Assembly (NCBI RefSeq): GCF_001194135.2
Contig: NC_068982.1
Span: forward strand, 45,135,818-45,199,817
Length of the DNA stretch: 64,000 bases
Source of the DNA: Octopus bimaculoides
Lineage: Eukaryota
Direction of reading: 5' to 3'
Made by a program: the position numbers and the translations under genes
Notes under the pieces: generated by a model
What the model was told of the DNA's origin: nothing
The model's input: only the letters and a program-made list of their open reading frames with translations
The model's database searches: none
In this document: in pieces, positions 24,236 to 34,850 of the stretch
Layout of the letters: every line of letters starts with the position of its first letter
Position numbering within the stretch: the first letter of the stretch is position 1

Positions 24236-25818
24236 ATTGACCATGCTTTCATTGTCTAATGTCTTCCTTCCGTGCTGGCATAGGTTGAACAGTTTGACAG
24301 GAGCTGGCCAGGAAGAAAACTGCACCAGTGTCTGTTTTGGCATGGTTTTTACAACTGGATGCCCTTCCAAGTGCCAACCACTTTACAGTGTGGACTGGAT
24401 GCTTTTTAAGTGGCACTGGTAGGGTCACCAAGTAACTTGCAAGACAAGGACAGAACCAGATGTCTTGCCAGCAAATTTCTTACCACAAAGCCACAAATAT
24501 TTTATATATATGAATTACCACACTACAGTCCTCCACTCTACCAAGTGAGCTATAGCAATATATATATATATATTTGAATAACCAAAAGCAGAAACCTGGT
24601 TTGTGGATATCCGTAATTGCATAATATTTTTATTTGTGTTGTTAAATGTTTTAATTCGGTCTGTTTTTCTGTTATATTGGTGCGCTACGGTGGATTATTT
24701 AAGACTTGGTATATATATATATATACATATATATATATGACAGACTTTGTACATTTTTTATTTACTGAATTCACAAAAATGTCATTTGTCAGCCTAGGGC
24801 TATAGAAGACATTTGCCCAAGGTGCTAAGTTGTGGGATTGAACCTATATATATTTTAAGCAAAATTGAACTAAAAGAAAAGCAAAACTTCTCGATGTTGC
24901 TGTGGCTTGAATTTGGACATAAAAGACAAGTAAAACTATATTACTGATTATGAATTTCTTGAAATTATTTTCGTTTGAAGAGATTGTATAGAAATTGCCT
25001 AGTGGCAATAGCTACAAACTCGAAATGTAAAGGGAGATAATTTCAAGAGTCGAGAATTCTCCAGAATTTTTGCTAATTTTTTCAGACAAGGATACGTTTT
25101 AGGCACGTGTTTCTGAATTAATAAGCATCATCAGCACAGCATTTGTCCAACCATGACTACAGTAGACATAAGACTTAGATATATACAAAAAACAGGGGAG
25201 AATATTTAGGGCCTGGGAAAATTTGCATACCTAAAATAAAACTAGTCAAGTGTGTGTGTGTAAATGATATGGTGGTTAAAGTGTTATATAAAAAGAAACC
25301 GTGAAAAAGGACCCAATGATTTTAGTCAAATTAATTACATGTGTTGGGTTTACTGGTACTTAGAGTTTCGCCTAGAGCAGCTTCTTCGACCTAAGTGGTC
25401 GAATAAGCCGTTCCAGACCCTCTATATCTATGTGTGATTTTTTCCGTCTCGGTCCCCCACCATCGCTTAATTGGTGTTGGTGTGTTTACGTCCTGTAACT
25501 TAGCAGTTTGGTAAAAGATAGAATAAGTATCAGGCTTTAAAAAAAAAAAAAACAAGTACTGGGGTTGATGCGTTCAACGAAAATTCTTCCAAGTGGTGCC
25601 CTAACTTGGCTGCAGCTTATTGACCGAAACAAGTAAAAGATGAAAGATAGGTACGTGTGTATAACATGTGTGTGTATGTGTGTAGCTGCTATTAAGAACA
25701 TGGACAAGATACACCTTTTCTCCAAGATGACGGGAAATATTTACAGTTTGAATTTAAAAACGTAACCATGAAGGAATTCAATAGAAACCACAAGAAAATC
25801 AAGCCAAATACTATAGTG

Positions 25819-26079
25819 CAGGGGTCCCAGCCGTCCGGCCGTAGATCATTTGGTATCGGGCCGTACAGAAAGAATAAATTTTAATATTTTATTCCCGTTT
25901 GACTACCGCAGCCTGCTGGGTGCTTTTGTATTATATATGTATTATCTATGTAATAATATAAATTATATATATATATATATTATGTACTTTATTGTGTTTT
26001 ATGCGCGTGATCACCCCGGTCTGTGGGAAAATTGTATCGCATGAATCCGATCTGGAGCAAAATAGGTTGGGAATTGCTA
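25819..26079. mobile_element. hAT-like MITE (same family as 5343-5650)
   Basis: caggggtcccagcc...ggttgggaattgcta ends and shared internal gatcatttggtatcgggccg...aaagaataaatt. Confidence 0.6.
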
Positions 26080-26167
26080 CTTTATGGATATAAATGGAGA
26101 AAAAAACCTTACACACACAAACATATATACATGCATACTCACACACACACACATATATGTATATATA

Positions 26168-26384
26168 GGTACTACCAAAGCAGCACGGTCCCGAACGCGC
26201 AGTCACGCGTCCGCGCTAGCTAGTCGTGAGTGGTCGATCCTAACCCTAACCCTAACCCTATCCCTATCCCGCGTGTGCAAATGAATACGTGTTTAGGGTT
26301 AAGGTTAGGATTAGGATCGACCCCTCACGACTAGCTAGCGCGGACGCGCGACTGCGCGTTCGGGACCGTGCTGCTTTAGTAGTA

Positions 26385-26386
<2 letters not shown>
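26168..26386. mobile_element. 219-bp near-perfect palindromic MITE bearing (TAACCC)n and (TTAGGG)-like arms
   Basis: GGTACTACCAAAGCAGCACGGTCCCGAACGCGCAGTC...GACTGCGCGTTCGGGACCGTGCTGCTTTAGTAGTACC, flanked on both sides by TATATATA. Confidence 0.85.
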
Positions 26387-26421
<35 letters not shown>

Positions 26422-28119
26422 CTATATATATATATATAATAATATAAATACATACATACATATACATACGCGCACACATATATCATTTTAGATCTTGGTG
26501 TACATTTTAGATGCAATCCGAAATAAAGACACCGAAATCTTACCATGTAATTTTGTTAAATTCTAAACAACCTGTCGCTCTTTGACATTAAGAATTAACT
26601 GTGAGCAATCTCCGAAACTATAATATAAAGGAAATAGTGCTTAGTTCTCCAGGAAAGATGACTATCTTTTTATAAAGTTTAAAATGCAAAATATAACCGG
26701 GAAATTCGACCAGTATCGCAGCTTAAGTCTGTAACAGACGATGAGATAAGAGTTTACAAATATATAGTGCGATTTGGAATGTGCTATCTCATACAGAGAT
26801 TTGTGATTCAATAATAAATCTTACACATATCAATTTGATAAAATTTATGGCTTCATGCCTAGCAGAATTCCTCCTAATGAGCATTATACCTTCATAGCTT
26901 TTACGTAATAGCATTGAAATGGGAATTTGTTTTAGCAGTCAACCATACTCATTGTATTTTCCACTTGTCTTTTCTTACTCTCTTTATTTCTCTTTCGTCC
27001 AAGTAGAATTATATAAATATATATATATATTAGTCATAAATATAATAAATAATAAATTCTTATTATTTATTATAATATACCCATCATTCTTTTTAACTAA
27101 TATACGAGAACCTGTTTTGTTCACTGACCTAGGAAAGCTTATTGGACAACTAACATATATACATACACACTTACACATATGCATGTGCGTACTCACCCAT
27201 GAAATCCATAAAAATATAAAATTGGGGTTGCTGTAGACAGAGGTCACTATCCTGATCAAAGGCGTCCCAACCGTGACCCCTTTGGTTTCCTTTTTCACAC
27301 AGAGTATATTTAGAACCGCATCAATTAAGATAACCTTATTTTCTAAAAATGGTAAAGTACGAGTTTAGGGAAGTTTGACAGCTATTTCTAGCAGGGGCCC
27401 TGATTCTGCATAGAAGATCCCCAGTTGATTTCGAAAAATACACAGGAATATGGGTATTAGTTACCATCAAATTAAAGCTTTGTGATTAATATTCATACTA
27501 CTGCAGATTTCATAGCTCAACACGAACGTAGGTATGAATTATAGTATTACAAATAAACCTACACATATATTAAACACACAAAGTATTACAATAACATACG
27601 TAAGCAGTAACATTTCCCCGCTCAACAGAATTAATATTAACGGGAAAGAAATGATATGATGAAGCGCTAATCGATCATATATACATATATATTGTTAATT
27701 TACTTTGATCGAACGGACTTATGAACAGGCATTCCAGCCATGAGAAGGATAACATTAGCCAGTCCTTTCTGCGTTAAGATAGTAAGGTGTCATTAGAAGC
27801 TCCCTTGCTGGTTTAGTGATAAAGAAGGATGAAGATGATGACATTGTGTGGAAATTATTCGTAATACTCGGTCGGTGCAGCCCTGTGATGAAACGATGAT
27901 GATTTGCAACAGTGAATTTAGTAAATAACAAATAATTAATTAAAATTATTTACGAATGCAGAGGAGAAATATCCTTATAAATTTGTAATTTGAATCTTTA
28001 CTTTTGAAAGTGATAAGTTTTAAGGGATAAGTTTTAGTATTATGGTATGTATTTTATGAACCCCCCGTGTTAATGGAAGGCGAGGTCAGCTAATTAAGAA
28101 ACAAATGCAAACCACGTAC

Positions 28120-28520
28120 CTTGTCGCGACACAAATCCGAATGACGAGGATGAATTTTATCAATTAGAGACAAGAGTGGGGAAAAGAAACACAAAACAGA
28201 TATGAAAGTTTTCTTTTTCTTTCTTTCTAGTATCTTGGTGAGTTTCTACACAGATTACTGTTGCGTATATCGCTTTTGTTTCAATGCATTTGCCATGTGA
28301 TGACGGTAATGACTACAAAAGCATGTTATACTACTACTAACTACAGTTATCCAGATGTGACTGCAGTAGTGGCAGTAGTAGTAGCAGCTGTTGCTGCTGC
28401 TAATTTTTGAGGTACCGGGCGACAGCCGAATCGTTGATCGAAGAGATTGTACAATTAGACGAGAACGGAAGGGAGTACTAAGTAATACTTTTCATGTCGT
28501 GGTACGCAACAGAAGCGCAG
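28120..28520 (-). promoter_or_regulatory. Probable promoter and non-coding first exon of the unknown minus-strand gene
   Basis: CpG-rich unique sequence with (GCA/CTA) triplet runs and donor gacaag|gtacgt at 28119. Splicing to 18710 puts an in-frame TAA upstream of the ATG. Confidence 0.4.
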
Positions 28521-31500
28521 TAACTCGCGTGCCTTACAGTGTTACTTATAACTAATGGTTTTTCAGAACATGTGCTCACTTAGCAGCAGAAATCATTGTG
28601 ACACTGCAACTCAACACTTTTTGATTTTCTCAAATCTTCTTTTGCCTCTTTATTAAGACTAGGTAGTCAAAATACATTAGTGTCTGCATACACCTCTATG
28701 CATTCACATAAGCACACACGTACATCTGATTCTCTCTCTCTCTCTCTCTCAGTCGCCCTCTGATATTCAGAGAGCATGTGTGTGTATATATTTGAACAGT
28801 GGAGATCCACAGTTCTTAAAAAGAATTATTTCACGTTCTCTCAAAAATTTATATCTGTCTATAGGTATATGTGTGGATATATATATCGTCAGTAGCTCAT
28901 ACGTCTGAAAAAGAAGTACACTCTAAAATAATAGTACAGTAATATATCTTATAGAAGGTTGATTGTTATGCCCGGTCCTTTATAGGACCATCGCACCTAT
29001 AAAGCGCGCTGGTGGTTATCCACTGTTGAGAAAAAGAAGAATTATTATTTTTCTGATGAGTTGTAGTACACCTGAGCACTGTATACAACAATTTTTTATT
29101 TTCATTATTGCTATTTCACGTTCTCTCGAAAATTTATGCAATTCTTATGACGTCAACACTATCCATATATCTAATGTAAAGGAAACACGTGTCGGGCAGC
29201 GATTTAAAGTGAATGTATTGTACTGTAATAAACAAGTTTCGAGGATGTATAATTCTCCATCCTTACTTTTAATGCCTTGAATATACGCTCTGTGTGTATG
29301 TATATATATATATATATGGAGGTGAACAAAATTAGTAACCGGGGTAAAATGAGTAATTTCTGATTTCTTATTTTTTCCCCGTCTTTGAAATTATTACATT
29401 TTAAGTATTGCATCATCATTTTGTATTGTTACATCATCCTTAAGAGTAAAAATTGGTCAGCATAGTTGTTGAAGTTGAGAGAGTTTGGAATATTATCAGG
29501 TGATAGGTACTTTTTTTTTTTTTTTCAAGAAAATTTTCCTCAACCCGTTTGTAATTGAGGTTGCTAATAAATAAAATATCTAGATAATTGTTGGTGTTTA
29601 ACAATCAATATTCCTTTCTCTGTTGGATTCCAAGTCAATTTTCCCCACGCTAATGTCTAATTTGATCATCTTCAATTTTCAAAAATGATGTCTGAGATGG
29701 GGAAAAATGAGTAATGACTAATTTCAATAATTTTTTCTCTTTAACTGCATGGTGCGTAAATATATCGGGAAGGCCACTCCAGAAGATCCTAAAGAAGCTA
29801 TAGAGAATAGTTTATGTTGAGGGGTTTTTTTTTTTTTTTCTTAGTTGAATTTCGTTAATTTCATATCATATGCCATTTTTCCACGAGCCTCTTTCATTTG
29901 ACCTACATAATTTAAATTTTTGTTGCATTTCTGATGTTTACGGATGGATATTGATGTGTATAAGTCTGTTTTCAAATGTAATTCTGGAGAATTAAAGAAG
30001 CAAATTTACCTTATCTTGGCTTACACATTTTGCCGTCTTTTATATGCCTAAAGAAACCGGAGATAATTTTCTGAAATTGGGTTCAGATTATGTTATCAAG
30101 TTTTACTGCATCAGAAAAGGTTATTTGCTTATCTGATATAAATTTTGTCAGGTTGTGGAACAATCGTAAAAAATATTTCTTCTCAAAGTCAAATCTATCT
30201 CTATGTGGCAGTAAAAACTCCACGTTGTGCCCCATCTCCACCCCTATGTATTAGTTAATGCATAGGTGACTCCAACAGAAAAAGCATTGTTGCATTCCTG
30301 GATAATGCAACACTACCATACATACATACATACATACATACATACATACTTATACTTGTGGGTTAATAAGGCTACCATTGGTTTCATGCCGAGAGAATTC
30401 TCAGCAATTATCAAATCTGTCACTTGGTACTCGTCTCGCTTCTTTCAGTTTCTTTCTACCAAATCCTCTCACAATACTTTGGTCGGCTCGGGACTGTAGT
30501 TAAGAAGCGGCCGTCTTAACGTACACCCATGCCTGCCTGTAAAAGAACACTTAAGGTTCCTTACATATACACATATATAAGCACACACATGTATAGTTGT
30601 GTGTGTGTGTGTGTGTAAATCTGTGTGTATACGTGTCCTTATGCAGATATGTGTGTGTGTGTGTGTGTGTAAACAAGTGATATGCTAATGTGTTCAGTTA
30701 TGTGTAAGAAAACGCAATGTGACCGTGGTATACTGGGATATAGAATCGATTTGTCGAGCTTCTCTAAGTGAGAAGCGATCAGCTTTTGTGTTCAACGCAC
30801 GTACGAGTGGTCTTAGGTTCATATACATAGCGAAAACAGAACGCACAAACATATATATCGAAAATATTTGACAAGCAATCAAGGTATGTGGCCAATAATT
30901 CCTGCACGAAAACGCTGTATTTAGATCTGCAGGTTTCAGTCGCCTGAAGAAGAAGGGTAACGGTTGACAAACGTCATTAACGAACTACTGTTTCACACCT
31001 ACTCCGACATCAGATGCATAATCCAACGAACAAAGAGGACTACCAGGTTTTGGATGAATCAACATCGTAGCAGCAGTTAATATATATTTGCGTTTAGAAA
31101 AACAGGCAAACTAGTTTTCACTTCGCGTTGTTAACTGATTTTTCTTAGTTCAGTATCAAAGTGGTTCAATTTGTGGCCGAGCCGCTTCTGTACAAGGAAT
31201 GAATCTCAAATAATAATTAAAAAAATACTTATGCAGTTTCCACAGTGATGTAGATGCCGGAAAATCTACAATAAACTTTACTCTCTCGGGGAGTGGGTGG
31301 ACTTCATCCTTGTCGGTGATGTGCCCGAGGAGCAATAGAAACTGTAGCAGGAATATTTAGAAATCAAACCCGGATCGCAATATCCGATGCCAAAAAGAAA
31401 AGAAAAAAAAACAGTAATTTCATCTCTGGCACGCTTTTCCTGAGCAAGACCACTCCTATATATTCAATGCATTTTAGCCTCTACCGACAGACGAGATGCG

Positions 31501-31861
31501 GCGGATGGCGAAACAGAGAGCGTAGTAACCGAAGTAGCTACTGACCAGAGCGTTGTGACAACACAAAAACAATGAACGGACGGCGACAGCAACACACAAT
31601 GGCCATCTAAGATCTTGACAGCTACAAATATCATACCTAGTCCAAGAACAATACACTTTGAACAATCTCACTGTTTGTTGTTTGAAGTAACATGTTTTTG
31701 TTTTTTTTAACGATAAAAATTAATATATTTTTTAACAAAAATTTAAAACAGATTTCAGTGTTCTTTATCGTAACAAAACGTAACACCGAATATATATTTG
31801 GTGGGGTTAATAACAATGCGATATCCCGTTAAAATGTTGGGAAAACAAATGCAGATACTTT

Positions 31862-32844
31862 TTGGATTCTTTAGAACAAATTGCTACCAGTAAAACATTA
31901 ATGTGTCCATTGTTGATGAAACGCTTGAAAGCCTGTACTGCGTTACATAAGCCAAAAGGGATCCGCAGGAATTCGAACAATTCGAAAGGTGTTGTGATTG
32001 CAGTTTTTGGAATATCTACAGGCTCGATGGGGATTTGGTTAATATACCCTCACAAAATCGATGTTCGAAACTATACAAGCCCTATGGAGCAAGTGAGGGA
32101 TTGGGTATGTGTAGGGCACAGTGCGATTGTTGAGTACACGATAGCCCTAGCAAGGGAACCAATTGTCCACTGTTATTTTCGGGATTAAATATAGTGACGA
32201 TAATGACTTGTTGTTGCTGGATAGGTGAATAATTCCAAGGGTCAGTATATGTTGAAATTCCTGCTTTGCAGCTTTCAGACGACCCGGAGGGAGTTTTCGT
32301 GATCTGGCAGCATGGGTTTCAATGTGACGGATTGCATTGTATTTGATTACTTTGTCTTTTAACAATGGACGGGCGATGTCTGGATACTTGCGGAGAATAA
32401 AATTTTACTGTTTCGTCATTGACTGCAAAATAAAAGGGGTCGCCACTTGTAGCACGTCAGATGTAAAAAATGAAGTATAACAATTGGATAATTTCTACAT
32501 ATACTGGAATGAACTGGTGAGAGATAATCTATACTTATTACTGGTTTTATTCAATTGTTACCTAATTACACAACTGCAACAAGTTGGAAAAGAACGAAAA
32601 ACTTTGTATTGTGAATAAGTTTGTTCACATCGCAAATCTCTTGCCCAGTCCTTATAGTAGACACTAAGTTTGTGAAAGGAAGATAGTGAAGAGACCGATG
32701 CTCGTACAAAAAATGTTGGAGAGAGATAGAGCGTGTGTGAGGAGGGTAGGGGGAATACTAGATCACAGCAAAACTGCGTTCTAGCTGGCAGAAGCAAACT
32801 GTGAAAGTTGCAGAAGAAACTGAAGGTTTTTTATTGATATCACA
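31862..32844 (-). mobile_element. Ty3/Gypsy relic: 5' LTR (32448-32844), PBS and RT N-terminal fragment; gag/protease deleted
   Basis: Minus-strand peptides ARSRKLPPGRLKAAKQEFQHILTLGII, YRVLNNRTVPYTYPIPH and DIPKTAITTPFELFEFLRIPFGLCNAVQAFKRF. LTR-like TGT...ACA segment with TATAA and AATAAA, followed by agTGGCGACCCC. Confidence 0.85.
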
Positions 32845-33504
32845 AATATATACCTGTGTTGAAGCTGAACTAAGTCATTAGAATTAGAATTGAATGGGCT
32901 TATCACCTCACCAGCAAGTTTAACAAGCTAAACAAACAGAGTTTAAAAGCACAAAACGAAGACAAAGGAAACGAGTGTGAAGCCTCGAGTTCCATCCTTG
33001 ATCATGACTTCCTGGCATATCTGGTATACAAACACACATATTCCTATGTTCTACACAGAGAGTACTCAGTACGTTTAGAGTACATCATTTATTTGAACAG
33101 AAATTCTTTTCCACGCATTTTCATGTCATCTCTTGAAGGTCACAATGGAGTAAAAATCAAGCTGCAATAAAATCAAATTCTGTACACACACACACATAGT
33201 TGTTGGTTATGGCCGGTCTGGGAGTTGCCATTGGTTTCACACCTATAATGTTTTTTTGCGGTGTTGGTGACTAGGCAAACCTGCTGGCCGGAGGCACAGA
33301 GGCTCATAAACTCTCTACTACTGGAGATATCAATACAGTCTTGTTTAGTCAGGATTTGAAAAAAAAAGAAAGAAAAAAAGCCCGAAACGAAATCCTGTTG
33401 AGCGAATTCCTACTGGACAATATGGAGTTATCTCCCTTTGATGGATTCCATTTGCATCCGTAAAGGGTCTGTATATGTACAATTTCCGTTCGCAAGTCAA
33501 CGAC

Positions 33505-34095
33505 CAGGAATTCTATGTTTTTCAACATGAATTTCCTCTGTTGAGGGTACCGACTAAACGTCTCAGTCTTGGAGTTTAAGAAGGCCCATGATCAAGCGAG
33601 TTCTTCAAGATCCTTTCTCTCTCGGCCAAGCAAAGTTTACATCGTCTGCTCCCGTTCGGAGATGGTCCAGGTTGTTCTAGGAGCTTCCATTTAATACTGT
33701 ATGGCCTCTTCTTTTCTTTTAAGTGCCATACATCGCTGGCCAAGGACGTAACGTTGTGCTTCTCTGGGATCCTGTAAAAGGACCAGCTTTTATTTAGATG
33801 TCGCTTGAAGGGACTCTCTGTTATCCCAACACACTCTCGTGTGTGTACTTGCGCTATTGGTGGTGCTTTTGTTGTTGCTGCTGCTATAGCTGTTGTTACT
33901 GCCGGAGGCGCTGTAGCAGCTGCTGCTGTTGCCGTCACCGCTGGACACGTTGTTGGTGTTGCTGCTATCGCTGTTGTTACTGTCGGACACCACCTTAGCT
34001 ATGTAGACCACAGCCTCAGAGTTACATTGACCTCCCACTGGGCACTCAACGTTAACCCTACATGAGCATCCTACCTCTGTGCAGGATTTAGGGAT
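33505..34095 (-). mobile_element. Penelope-like element GIY-YIG endonuclease relic
   Basis: CSCRVNVECPVGGQCNSEAVVYIAKV...VGITESPFKR...TSLASDVWHLKEKKRPYSIKWKLL...CKLCLAERERIL...LNSKTETFSRYPQQRKFML, the typical PLE endonuclease motif order. Confidence 0.85.
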
Positions 34096-34651
34096 GTTCT
34101 CTGAAATCTATTTAACAGGTAACCAAGTCTAACGTAACATCTAAAAAGTTAACTACAATAAGATTGGTCTCAGTTGTAATCTTAAGGCACACAGTTAAGC
34201 GTGCGAATTAGGTTCTTCCTAAGCCTATCTAGGGTGTGTACATTTGCACCTCTAGAGATTAGAGATCAAAAAGGACTGCCGGGACATAACGCCCGCAATA
34301 GAAACCGCCACCTTGTTTCTTTCAACAGCAAGAAAAGCACAAACGTTACTCTTATCCAGAAAACACCAGCATCTTTCTTTCACTTATAATACGCCCTTAG
34401 CAGTTTCCTCCCTTTGACGCTAGCTATCTTTCGAAAGCTTTAATCTACTGTTTTAAATTCATCTTTGATACCATTGACCACTCTTACGACTGCTTTTTGT
34501 TTGTTTGTTTTTTTTTTTTGGTGGCATTAGGTGGGCGGATACGCTTGAACACGGCATCTATCCACTTGCCGTGGTCCATTTTTACCTCCAGTTAGACATA
34601 GAACCCTAAGATGAGACTTCACATTTCTACCTTCAACTTCTTCGGAATCTT

Positions 34652-34782
34652 GTTAAATTTCTTCCAACCCGTTGAAAAATTTCAACTTTTCACCAAATTA
34701 TTATTTTAATGTATTAATTTCAACAACTAAAACCAAACAAAAACGAATGCAATTTTCATCAGCATGCAAAAACTACATTTTG

Positions 34783-34814
<32 letters not shown>

Positions 34815-34850
34815 TGAAAATTTGAATAACTTGGGTGGAAGAAATTTAAC
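34652..34850. mobile_element. Small TIR element (MITE-like)
   Basis: GTTAAATTTCTTCCAACCC / GGGTGGAAGAAATTTAAC inverted ends around an A-rich core. Confidence 0.5.

Noticed and set aside
27880-27960. GTGATGA box-C-like motif
   Set aside because: No box D (CTGA) at a suitable distance and no terminal stem.
28405-28445. GATC...GATTCGGCTG on the minus strand, reminiscent of 7SK
   Set aside because: There is no GGATGTG start or paired GATC stem, and it is better explained as 5'UTR/promoter sequence.
30760-30780. ATCGCTTCTC on the minus strand, like the U2 snRNA 5' end
   Set aside because: The similarity stops after 10 nt; there is no U2 branch-point recognition sequence or Sm site.
31862-32188. 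108-aa plus-strand ORF (also 19437-19784)
   Set aside because: Antisense shadows of the Gypsy and RTE reverse transcriptase remnants.
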